Source of the DNA: a virus
Taxonomy: Duplodnaviria > Caudoviricetes
IMG/VR virus record: IMGVR_UViG_3300031965_000081
Span: 1 to 39,962 of that record
Reading direction: 5' to 3' (one strand)
Length of the DNA stretch: 39,962 bases
The notes beneath the pieces are model-generated. The model was not told the origin of the DNA and did no database searches. It was given only the letters and a program-made list of their open reading frames with translations. Every line of letters starts with the position of its first letter. The stretch's first letter is position 1. The position numbers and the translations under genes are program-made. Shown here in pieces: positions 17,834-25,581 of this stretch.

Positions 17834-19372
17834 TTAGTTTTTCGGCTCTATGCGTTTTGCTACGCTTGAGCCAGTTGCTGTTAAGAGTGACCCTACTAAA
17901 TTACAGGCATTTTCTACGGCATAGCGAGTGCTTTTGACACTGTCTATTACATGGGGTTCAATCTTTAATTGTCCGCCTGCGTTTTCTTGTATTTGATTGT
18001 AAGGAGCTTGAAGAGCTTCCTTTAGTATTCCGTCTGGTAAATCTAAGGCAATCATTTTAAGAGCCACACCTCCGCCTTTGACTGAACCTTCCTCTATTGC
18101 TCCCTTGGTGGCGTAAATAGCGTCCTCTATTTTGTCTTTTAGGTAGGATAGGTCTTGTTGGGTGGGTGCGCCTACCTTGATTACAGCTGTTTTACCCTGA
18201 AGTCTAGCTATTCTGGCATCATAATGCTCTTTGACTTCTGAATTGTCTCTTTGGTTCTTTAATGTTTCAATTTTGGAATCTATGTCGCCTTTACCGCCTA
18301 TGAAAGTAGTTCTCTTTTGAGTGATTACTACCTTTTCACATCTGCCAAAGTGTTCTTCAATAAACTTTTTGCTTTCTTGTAAATAGTTAGGATCTAAAGG
18401 TTGTCCTTGTGGATTTCTCTGATTGCATACTGGAGCTTGATCGGGGAATATTCCTGTAGAGAGTCCGAATACTTTACCTTGTGTTACAAGAGCTATGTCT
18501 TCTATGAACTCTTGCTTCTTAACTGTGGGGAATTTGACTGCAAAGATTTCCATTACGTTCTTGCCTTCGTTGTATTTAGCCATTTTGTTTCGGGCGATAG
18601 TTGAGAGAGTGTTACCAGCTAGTCCATCACAAACCAAAAGCACTTCGGTAATTCCATTGTCGGCTAGGTTCTGAACCACAGGGAGAATGGTTTTTATATT
18701 ATCTACTTTAGAATCCACGAGGAGGACGTAAGGTTCGTTCAAGACTGCTTCGCCTCGTTCGTTATTCATCATAAACTCTGCAACATACCCTTCGTCTATC
18801 TCTAATCCAGGGGCATATTCTACCCTAACACCATTTATTTCACTTTCTTGTACGTCTATTTTGCCTTCTTTGCCTACTTTTTCAGTAGCTTCGGCTATTA
18901 AATATCCGATTTCTTCGCTTTGAGCCGAGATAGTGGCTACTTTTTTAATATCTTCAGGAGTTTTTACTGGTTGGGCGGAAGATTTTAGCTCTCCGAGAAC
19001 AGTTTTAGCATGTTCTGCTATCTCTTCTTGCTTGGCTAGAGGGTGTTTATCTGACTTTCTGCCCTCTTTCCAAATAGACTGGACCAGGGTTATGAAGGTT
19101 GTAGAGGCGTCTCCGGCATACATATTCGTCCTCATAGCGGTTTGTTTTACTGCGTCTACTATAGCTTGTTCGGTTTCATCTTCTGTAAAAATCTGACGAG
19201 CTACGGTTACGCCGTCATTGGTAACGAGCGGAATATTATATTGATTAGTGTAAAAGAAATTCCGTCCACTTGGACCTAAAGTCTTTTTAACAGGGTTGGC
19301 TATAATATCTATCCCCCTGTCTACAACTTCTAAAAACTTCTCATCTTCTAATATAATCCTGTCTTGGTGCAT
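17834..19372 (-). CDS. groEL: Chaperonin GroEL-like
   Basis: KTLGPSGRN, VTNDGVTVAR, AGDASTT, VATISA, RIARL, AVIKVGA, IEDAIYATKGAIEEG, GGGVAL. Confidence 0.95.
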   Translation of the reverse strand: MHQDRIILEDEKFLEVVDRGIDIIANPVKKTLGPSGRNFFYTNQYNIPLVTNDGVTVARQIFTEDETEQAIVDAVKQTAMRTNMYAGDASTTFITLVQSIWKEGRKSDKHPLAKQEEIAEHAKTVLGELKSSAQPVKTPEDIKKVATISAQSEEIGYLIAEATEKVGKEGKIDVQESEINGVRVEYAPGLEIDEGYVAEFMMNNERGEAVLNEPYVLLVDSKVDNIKTILPVVQNLADNGITEVLLVCDGLAGNTLSTIARNKMAKYNEGKNVMEIFAVKFPTVKKQEFIEDIALVTQGKVFGLSTGIFPDQAPVCNQRNPQGQPLDPNYLQESKKFIEEHFGRCEKVVITQKRTTFIGGKGDIDSKIETLKNQRDNSEVKEHYDARIARLQGKTAVIKVGAPTQQDLSYLKDKIEDAIYATKGAIEEGSVKGGGVALKMIALDLPDGILKEALQAPYNQIQENAGGQLKIEPHVIDSVKSTRYAVENACNLVGSLLTATGSSVAKRIEPKN

Positions 19373-19394
19373 GTTTATTAAAAATTACTTATAA

Positions 19395-19589
19395 TTATTC
19401 AGTTGGGAGTTGATTTACATATGCTTCTAAATCTTCCCGATCCTCGTCTAGAATATATATTTCCCCTTTTTGCCGAATACTATTTTCAGCTTGCTTTAGC
19501 GTCCTCTCAATCGGAACCTCGTATCTCTTAATGGCTAAAAACACTATAATAGCTAATAGAAGTCCTATAATTATGCCTAAAATAATCAT
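19395..19589 (-). CDS. Small membrane-anchored protein
   Basis: N-terminal hydrophobic helix MIILGIIIGLLLAIIVFLAI. Confidence 0.65.
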   Translation of the reverse strand: MIILGIIIGLLLAIIVFLAIKRYEVPIERTLKQAENSIRQKGEIYILDEDREDLEAYVNQLPTE

Positions 19590-19783
19590 TTTTTTGGTGT
19601 AGGTTTTTCTTTGGTCTTAGGGTGAGTAGTAGCTTCAGGTTTGATTTCTTCTTTTGTGGATATCATTAAAGTTTGGATTTTCTGTAGAAGTATGGCTACT
19701 GTTACGCTTTCGTTTCCTGTAATGGGGGCTTTTAAAATTAACGCTTTTATATTGTTTAAGTCTTCGTTGGTAAATTGATTCAT
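19586..19783 (-). CDS. Hypothetical protein
   Basis: 65 aa; ATGA overlap with next gene. Confidence 0.65.
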   Translation of the reverse strand: MNQFTNEDLNNIKALILKAPITGNESVTVAILLQKIQTLMISTKEEIKPEATTHPKTKEKPTPKK

Positions 19784-19863
19784 TTTTTGTTTTTATAATT
19801 ATCTGTTAATTTATGGGTTTTCGCCTGTGCATATATTTTTTAGTTTAATGATAATATCTTTAT

Positions 19864-19892
19864 ATTATATCCAATTATAGCTATCTTGTAAA
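19864..19892 (-). promoter_or_regulatory. Sigma70-type promoter heading the groEL/terminase operon
   Basis: TTTACA (19892-19887), 17-nt spacer, TATAAT (19869-19864). Confidence 0.6.
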
Positions 19893-19903
19893 CTTATATT
19901 TCT

Positions 19904-20029
19904 TTAATCTTCCCTTAATTTGTGCCCTAATGGTAAATCTGCCCCACAATTCTCGCACCACGTCTTCGGCTTACACTCCTCACACTTTCCATTTGAGTCA
20001 CAGTTGCATGTTTTTATGTTTTTATTCAT
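19904..20029 (-). CDS. 41-aa Cys-rich protein (MNKNIKTCNCDSNGKCEECKPKTWCENCG...)
   Basis: Hand translated; starts in junction AAAAACCATGAATAAA; below track size cutoff. Confidence 0.5.
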   Translation of the reverse strand: MNKNIKTCNCDSNGKCEECKPKTWCENCGADLPLGHKLRED

Positions 20030-20183
20030 GGTTTTTATAATGATGTCTTTTGAATAACTTACAATTTCCATTATTAATAATGTTTTGTCGCTTATAGTAG
20101 TCTAGTAAATATAAAGTAAGAGCACTCGCCTTTTCTCCACACTCACACTCTACATTATATGGGCACATTAGTTCTTTAGTCAT
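20022..20183 (-). CDS. 53-aa Cys-containing protein (MTKELMCPYNVECECGEK...KNHE)
   Basis: Hand translated; starts and ends in cassette junction repeats. Confidence 0.55.
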   Translation of the reverse strand: MTKELMCPYNVECECGEKASALTLYLLDYYKRQNIINNGNCKLFKRHHYKNHE

Positions 20184-20424
20184 GGTTTTTATTGGTTAGG
20201 GTTTGTAAAACATCGTCTATCGCTTGGTTGTAGCCAGTTATTCTGGTCATTTCTTCTAAAGAAGTCTTCGTTATAACATTTGAATATATCTTTTTCTTCA
20301 TCCCCTCTATCTCCTCCCTCACCTCCTCCTCATGTTGGCGTAATTCTTCTTCTCTTATTTTCTGTTTTTCTTTCTCTATTATTTCCCTCACCCCATCCCA
20401 CTCTGCTTTTAGTCCTTTAGTCAT
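20176..20424 (-). CDS. Cassette-array hypothetical protein (LKAEWDGV...ELRQHEEEVREEIE...LQTLTNKNHD)
   Basis: 82 aa ORF containing three repeat classes. Confidence 0.7.
   Translation of the reverse strand: MTKGLKAEWDGVREIIEKEKQKIREEELRQHEEEVREEIEGMKKKIYSNVITKTSLEEMTRITGYNQAIDDVLQTLTNKNHD
20306..20348. repeat. 43-bp exact direct repeat (encodes ELRQHEEEVREEIE), second copy 20840-20882; partial copies 22051-22068 and 22351-22366
   Basis: tctatctcctccctcacctcctcctcatgttggcgtaattctt read at both loci. Confidence 0.95.
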
Positions 20425-20435
20425 AGTGTTTTTCT

Positions 20436-20753
20436 CTAAGCAAACCCCAAATTAGTTTCTTTTAATAACCATTCGCCATTTTTGTTTCTTTCCCAAATTG
20501 CACCTCGTAGTGGATTATCTAGTATTACTTGCCATTTTGCTTTTGGGTCTTTCTTGGCGGATTTTTCAATATCTTTTAGTGTTTTGTATTTTTCCCATTC
20601 TAAATTAGAATCACCTATATAAAATATCTTCCCATTTCTTTTAACATGATAACCACCAAATCCTTGATATAAAACTTCATTCATATCTAGAATATCCTCA
20701 TTACCAGGACAACTTAGACAACCGCCTCTATAAATTGTTTTCTTTTTAGTCAT
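20436..20753 (-). CDS. Cassette-array hypothetical protein
   Basis: 105 aa, starts MTK in junction repeat. Confidence 0.7.
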   Translation of the reverse strand: MTKKKTIYRGGCLSCPGNEDILDMNEVLYQGFGGYHVKRNGKIFYIGDSNLEWEKYKTLKDIEKSAKKDPKAKWQVILDNPLRGAIWERNKNGEWLLKETNLGFA

Positions 20754-21054
20754 GGTTTTTGGTTAGGGTTTGTAATGCTTTTAGAATAACCTGTCGGTTT
20801 GTCATTGGAGTTTCTCGGTATATTTTTGCAATTACCTTTTCTATCTCCTCCCTCACCTCCTCCTCATGTTGGCGTAATTCTTGGAAGACATACAGCTCAA
20901 TTCTATCTGCCACCTCTTGGAGTTCCCCTGTCGGCATAATGATGTCGCCCGCCCTTGTATCCCCTTGCGACATAAATAATACGCTAACATAGCCTAATTC
21001 CTCTTGGAGCTTTGTTCTAAAATCTTTCTTCTTCTCTATTTGTGTTTTGGTCAT
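20746..21054 (-). CDS. Cassette-array hypothetical protein (ELRQHEEEVREEIE...LQTLTKNHD)
   Basis: 102 aa. Confidence 0.7.
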   Translation of the reverse strand: MTKTQIEKKKDFRTKLQEELGYVSVLFMSQGDTRAGDIIMPTGELQEVADRIELYVFQELRQHEEEVREEIEKVIAKIYRETPMTNRQVILKALQTLTKNHD

Positions 21055-21581
21055 TTTTGTATATAAGTTACACCATTGATAATAAGTTCTAAGGGTAAGG
21101 TGTCTGAAAGTTCAGAGTTACCGAGTTCAGAGGACTTGCGGAGAGAAAAGACAAAGCGAAGGTTGGCAAACCACTGAAGGCCGGGATAGCCCCAAAAGTC
21201 GCGCAGTCCCAAATCGTCGCCATCGGTGTCCAGATAGAAAAGCCTCGGCTCGCCGCCAGTCGAAATAGGTTGCATTCCAATTGTTAGCCATTCTACTATG
21301 GGTTGGTCAGTATACTCATTCCTAAGATATACCCCTATCTCAGCAGGACATAATTCTAATCCTTCTTGTTCTGCTCGGTCATATATCTCTTTTGTGGTTG
21401 GATTATAGTCAAACCAATCACTTAGTGTAATTTTTACCAGTTCTACCTCCTTTTCTTCTGTTGAAAATTCAATTTTCTTTATCATCTCCTGTGCGTAGTC
21501 TGATACGTAGTGTTTTTTCAACTCTTTTAGTGCTTTTTGTTTGTCTCCTATTTTTATTGTTTTCCAGATTGTTTTAGTCAT
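21051..21581 (-). CDS. Putative CLec-fold DGR-target-like protein
   Basis: GLELCPAEIG...YTDQP core; adenine-poor C-terminal segment ending W..NLRFVFSLRK. Confidence 0.55.
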   Translation of the reverse strand: MTKTIWKTIKIGDKQKALKELKKHYVSDYAQEMIKKIEFSTEEKEVELVKITLSDWFDYNPTTKEIYDRAEQEGLELCPAEIGVYLRNEYTDQPIVEWLTIGMQPISTGGEPRLFYLDTDGDDLGLRDFWGYPGLQWFANLRFVFSLRKSSELGNSELSDTLPLELIINGVTYIQK

Positions 21582-21586
21582 GGTTT

Positions 21587-21757
21587 TTATTGGTTAAGAA
21601 TTTCATATTCTCCCTTAAAATCATAAGCGTCTTTTGGCTTCCACTCCCCACATTCACAATAATAGGGTAAGATTTTACTACCATTTCCTCCTAAGATATT
21701 TTTACATTTTGGACAAGTTGGCATAACGAACTTTTTTGTTTTGTAGATTATTTTCAT
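21587..21757 (-). CDS. 56-aa Zn-ribbon-like protein (MKIIYKTKKFVMPTCPKCK...YCECGEW...)
   Basis: Hand translated; AAGGAG upstream; ends in junction repeat. Confidence 0.55.
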   Translation of the reverse strand: MKIIYKTKKFVMPTCPKCKNILGGNGSKILPYYCECGEWKPKDAYDFKGEYEILNQ

Positions 21758-21784
21758 ATCTCCTTAGTCATAATATAAGGTTAG

Positions 21785-21931
21785 TTAGTTTTTAATTTCA
21801 CAAAACTTTCCCCAAGCTATACATAGACCTAGTTTTTGTGCTCGCTTTTTATCTTCTTCTGTTAATTCTCTACTGCAGGTATGGTTCTTTACGTCACTTG
21901 CACAGAATGTTTTGTCTTTGTAACATAGCAT
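21785..21931 (-). CDS. 48-aa Cys-rich protein (MLCYKDKTFCASDVKNHTCSRELTEED...)
   Basis: Hand translated; starts right after junction repeat. Confidence 0.55.
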   Translation of the reverse strand: MLCYKDKTFCASDVKNHTCSRELTEEDKKRAQKLGLCIAWGKFCEIKN

Positions 21932-21932
21932 A

Positions 21933-22411
21933 TTATTTATTGGTTAGGTTTTGTAATTCTTCAACTGATATATAGCTCTTTCCTTGCTCTATTTCTTGTA
22001 CTCCCTCGTCATTTTTGTACCACGTAAATTCAGTGAGTATCTTATCTACTACCTCCTCCTCATGTTGGGAGAGGGCAAGCTCTACAAGTTTCTCTGGTGT
22101 GCGGTATTTGGGTGCAATCGTATTCCAGCCTGCTAAAGTTAATAGCCGAATTTATCACACTCTTTGTTATTACAATAAAGTGCTTTATTTGTGTCACTAA
22201 TTCCAAAAATATCAAAAGCTGAAGCCGAGCCATCTGAATTAGCTGTTTCCATTTTCTTGTTACAACTTGCACACTCAAACCACTCTTCTCTTACCACTAT
22301 TTCTTTCTTGTGAGCTTGCTCTACCATTTTGGTTATTTCTTCGCTTGCTATCACCTCCTCCTCATGGTGGGTCGCCGCCTCAATATCACATTTTTTTACT
22401 TCTTGTTTCAT
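21933..22411 (-). pseudogene. Frameshifted cassette-array gene (CxxC...CxxxxC; two HEEEV repeats; ends LQNLTNK)
   Basis: ORF stops at 22139 (KFGY*), but the -1 frame continues TLAGWNTIAP...ALSQHEEEVV...EELQNLTNK* to 21933. Confidence 0.6.
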
Positions 22412-22450
22412 ATATCTATTTATTTCTTACTTCCCCAGTGACGGTGGGGG

Positions 22451-23023
22451 TTAAAGCCATTTAATAATAGGACTTCCGACATAGTCCTTTTCCCATACGA
22501 ACCAAGCGAACGCCATAGTGCTACTCATCTTCTTGCCTGTAATCTCATCATTTTCTTTGCCGTTTCTCATTGGTTGTTGCCGTTTCTTGAAGACATAAAC
22601 AGTTTTTAGGGGCGTGGTCTGTAAGAATGTCGCTCGTTTCTGTCCTTCAAGTGCTTGTAATTTCCCGAACATTATTACTTTTCTATCAGATACTTTTAAC
22701 GCTTTCTCAAGAAATTCTTGAAACAGATTAAATGGAGGATTTGTAATGACTGTATTGTAATTCTTCAGATAATTATGTTCTAAAAAGTCTATACCACCAG
22801 ACCCAAAACCTCTATCTATTAAATCTGTTGAATATGTATGCTCTCTGTCCAATAATTTACTTATATGCCCCTCACCACAGGCTGGCTCTAAGGCTGGGTA
22901 TATAATCTCCTCTACTTCTAAAAGTGCTTTTGTACTATCGGGGTGAGTAGCATAAAAGTCGTTTTCCATTCTACCTCTTGAGGGATTGCCTCCTGCTATT
23001 TTTCCTCCTTGTCCTTTTATCAT
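22451..23023 (-). CDS. DNA N6-adenine (amino) methyltransferase
   Basis: NDFYAT, LEPACGEGHI (motif I), VITNPPF (motif IV), FAWFVWEK. Confidence 0.85.
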   Translation of the reverse strand: MIKGQGGKIAGGNPSRGRMENDFYATHPDSTKALLEVEEIIYPALEPACGEGHISKLLDREHTYSTDLIDRGFGSGGIDFLEHNYLKNYNTVITNPPFNLFQEFLEKALKVSDRKVIMFGKLQALEGQKRATFLQTTPLKTVYVFKKRQQPMRNGKENDEITGKKMSSTMAFAWFVWEKDYVGSPIIKWL

Positions 23024-23074
23024 CTTTATTCTCTATTTACTTCCCCAGTTCGACTGGTCTAGGGTGATTATTCA

Positions 23075-23590
23075 TTATTCACTGCGAGAAAAGCACACAC
23101 CCAGAGCGACGTCGTCCCGAACCCTCGGATACCACCTATTCACATTCGCGCCCCCCTCGACAAAGAAACCGACAAACAACAGCAAACCGGAAGAATCACG
23201 GGAAGACGTCCAAGTATACTTATAACTTGTCAGCAAGTCTCTAAACTCTTGGTAGTTAGCAAGTAAATATACGACCTCAGGGAAGTTCAGCATTTCTTTG
23301 TCGCCTTTTAAGACGTTACATTTATTCCACGATTTTCCTTTGTGTAAAAGTTCAAGGTCAATGGTTCTCTTTCCTTTACGGGTTTTTTCTGTGGTGAAGA
23401 AGTCCTCATCTTTATACCAGTCAATGTTATAGAGGAGTTTTCCGCCTGCAACTTTGTTGTCGCATTGTTCCATTATCTCTTTGGCGGTGAGTTCGGGAAA
23501 GTCTACTGTGAGAGTCGTTGGTTCGCTCTTTACTAGTTCGCTTTCCAACTCGTCCAATAATTCTCTTATTTTTTGTATTTTTGTTTTCAT
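23075..23590 (-). CDS. Putative CLec-fold DGR-target-like protein
   Basis: C-terminus YTWTSSRDSSG...VGFF...NVNRWYP....ALGVCFSRS; adenine-poor DNA. Confidence 0.6.
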   Translation of the reverse strand: MKTKIQKIRELLDELESELVKSEPTTLTVDFPELTAKEIMEQCDNKVAGGKLLYNIDWYKDEDFFTTEKTRKGKRTIDLELLHKGKSWNKCNVLKGDKEMLNFPEVVYLLANYQEFRDLLTSYKYTWTSSRDSSGLLLFVGFFVEGGANVNRWYPRVRDDVALGVCFSRSE

Positions 23591-23591
23591 A

Positions 23592-23789
23592 TTATTTTAA
23601 CTTATCTAATAATCTTTTTTTTGACTTCCAAAAGCTGGTGATTGAGACTCTTTTTTCTGTTTTTCCTGTCGCAATGTTAGGGAGATTTGATACTCGTTTA
23701 CTGAATTTCACCTTACCAATTCCAAAATCTATCTCGCCTGATTCTATTGCTGACTGTATTGCTTTTTGTTCTTGTTCTTTAGATAACAT
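23592..23789 (-). CDS. Possible divergent HU/IHF-like DNA-binding protein
   Basis: GEIDFGIGKVKFSKR...NIATGK...FWKSKKRLLDKL resembles the HU arm region. Confidence 0.35.
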   Translation of the reverse strand: MLSKEQEQKAIQSAIESGEIDFGIGKVKFSKRVSNLPNIATGKTEKRVSITSFWKSKKRLLDKLK

Positions 23790-24039
23790 GTTTCATTCTT
23801 AGACTTAATTGTTCATGTCTTGTCGGGATATACCTGTAAGACGCTGTTTTCTTTTTTCCTAAATAATCTACCTCTAACTCTCCGTCTTCTGTCATTTCTC
23901 GGAGGCGTCTTGAGGCATTGCTAGCTTTGTACCCTCTTTCTAGTGCAAATCTTTCTATCGCACCGCCGTTTATGTATCCGTTTTCTCCTCTTAGATACTT
24001 AACTCTAAAATTTGATAATATCTCTTTACGAAGACTCAT
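23779..24039 (-). CDS. Winged-helix DNA-binding protein
   Basis: GYKASNASRRLREMTEDGELEV wHTH-like pattern. Confidence 0.55.
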   Translation of the reverse strand: MSLRKEILSNFRVKYLRGENGYINGGAIERFALERGYKASNASRRLREMTEDGELEVDYLGKKKTASYRYIPTRHEQLSLRMKHVI

Positions 24040-24379
24040 ATTCATCATCTAACCTACCTTGAAACTTTTTAATAATTTTTATCTGTTCTCCTAAAAGTTC
24101 ATATAAGTTTTTGATTTTCTGCCATTCTTTGTATTGGTCGCTTGCTTTTGCTCTTGCTTCGCTTTCAGCGTTTGATTTTCCGTCATCTAAACCTTGTACT
24201 ATCTGTATTCGGTATAACTGTTCCAGGTTTGACACTTCACCTGTTAAATAAGCCATGCACCCTATAAAGTTTTCCGCTTCCATAAAAGCGGTGCTTGCTT
24301 CGGGTATCGTCTTATAATCCCTTGCTTTCGCTAGTAACCCTAGTGCTTGCTGTGTTATTTTTTCGGTGATTTTATTCAT
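24026..24379 (-). CDS. Helical hypothetical protein in recombination module
   Basis: 117 aa, coupled to SSB-like gene. Confidence 0.65.
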   Translation of the reverse strand: MNKITEKITQQALGLLAKARDYKTIPEASTAFMEAENFIGCMAYLTGEVSNLEQLYRIQIVQGLDDGKSNAESEARAKASDQYKEWQKIKNLYELLGEQIKIIKKFQGRLDDEYESS

Positions 24380-24741
24380 TAGAAAGGTACTTCTCCATCT
24401 ATTCCTTCGCTTTCTGCCGTTGGGTATTTGTTTGGCTGAAGGTTAAGAAGCATGTTTTTAATATCAAATAATGCGTGTCTGATTTTAGTTAATTCTTCTT
24501 GAATTTTATCAGCTTTCTTTGGGGTTGTGAAGTTTAGATATTCTTTTCCATTAAAAGTCTTTTTCTCTATCGTTACTTCTACTTCGTCGCCCTCTTTCCA
24601 GTCGGCGTTTTCCTGTCCGCCGAAGCCGTTGATCCACTGATCGCCGTACTTGTCACACTGTATCCCTAAAGATACATACGGCTTACCCGCTTTTGATGTT
24701 TTATCGCTTCTGCTAATTCTCGTGAGTCTAATTGTCTCCAT
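24379..24741 (-). CDS. OB-fold ssDNA-binding-like protein
   Basis: TSKAGKPYVSLGI...WKEGDEVEVTIEK; acidic tail ending DGEVPF. Confidence 0.55.
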   Translation of the reverse strand: METIRLTRISRSDKTSKAGKPYVSLGIQCDKYGDQWINGFGGQENADWKEGDEVEVTIEKKTFNGKEYLNFTTPKKADKIQEELTKIRHALFDIKNMLLNLQPNKYPTAESEGIDGEVPF

Positions 24742-25513
24742 ATTTTTTTTGTATTCTATACTGATAAACTAAGTTTTCAAAAACTTGACCAAGTTCTTTG
24801 AGGGCTTCTCCTCTTAACGTGTATTCTTCAAAATCTTTGTTTAATCTAAGAATTGTGAAGCCATATATATCCTCTTTAATCATTTTTGAATACGCTGATA
24901 GTTGTATTTTGTACGATAGATAAATTCCCTTTCCGGTCTTTAAGTCTCCAATGTATTTCTTACCGTCTATCTCAAACAAGATGTCGGCAGTACCACAGAC
25001 AAATAAGTCTTTATCGTACAATGGTATCTCGGTCGCCAGAAAAGTTACTTCGTTCTCTACAGCCCAGTTATAGATTGGCTCTAATTCGCTCAAAACTGGC
25101 TTCAAGAGCGTTTTTTGGTCAATACATGACTGTAACCACAGCTCTAGCTCTTTATGGGTGTCTGTTCCCTCTTTAGCACGTTCGTTCTTGAAAGTATTAT
25201 GTCGGGCGTAACACTCCTGTAAAAGGTCTGCATAGTCTTCGTTGGAGAGTTCCGATATATATTCTCTTGCTTCTCCGGCGTACTTCCATAGTTCCTCTTT
25301 GGACGCTTGTTTTTTGTTTCTCCAGCCGAGATTTTCCAGTGCCATTCCCGCCGCCCACCATGTTAGGGGTTTGGGTAGAGTCTCAGAAAGGATAGTCGTT
25401 ACACCTGTCCCCTTCTTCCACTCATCATTTACCTTGATATAGTAGTCGTGTTTGTTTCCCGTGAAATCATAGGCAAATTCTTCATTTACTATTGTTGCTG
25501 TTTCGGGGTTCAT
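24728..25513 (-). CDS. PD-(D/E)XK (Cas4/RecB-like) exonuclease
   Basis: GVTTIL, GTDTH, E...CGTAD...IGDLKTG...IQLSAY. Confidence 0.8.
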   Translation of the reverse strand: MNPETATIVNEEFAYDFTGNKHDYYIKVNDEWKKGTGVTTILSETLPKPLTWWAAGMALENLGWRNKKQASKEELWKYAGEAREYISELSNEDYADLLQECYARHNTFKNERAKEGTDTHKELELWLQSCIDQKTLLKPVLSELEPIYNWAVENEVTFLATEIPLYDKDLFVCGTADILFEIDGKKYIGDLKTGKGIYLSYKIQLSAYSKMIKEDIYGFTILRLNKDFEEYTLRGEALKELGQVFENLVYQYRIQKKYGDN

Positions 25514-25581
25514 AGTATCGCCACGAAAAATAAGATAATAAACACTATTCCCGCTATAAACATTTTTTTATCTGGATTCAT
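25510..25581 (-). CDS. 23-aa single-TM micropeptide MNPDKKMFIAGIVFIILFFVAIL
   Basis: Fills the gap exactly with ATGA overlaps on both sides. Confidence 0.55.
   Translation of the reverse strand: MNPDKKMFIAGIVFIILFFVAIL

Noticed and set aside
20022-22411. Repeat array as CRISPR or classical integron
   Set aside because: Spacing is irregular and hundreds of bp, the repeats are coding, and there is no cas, intI or attC-like palindrome
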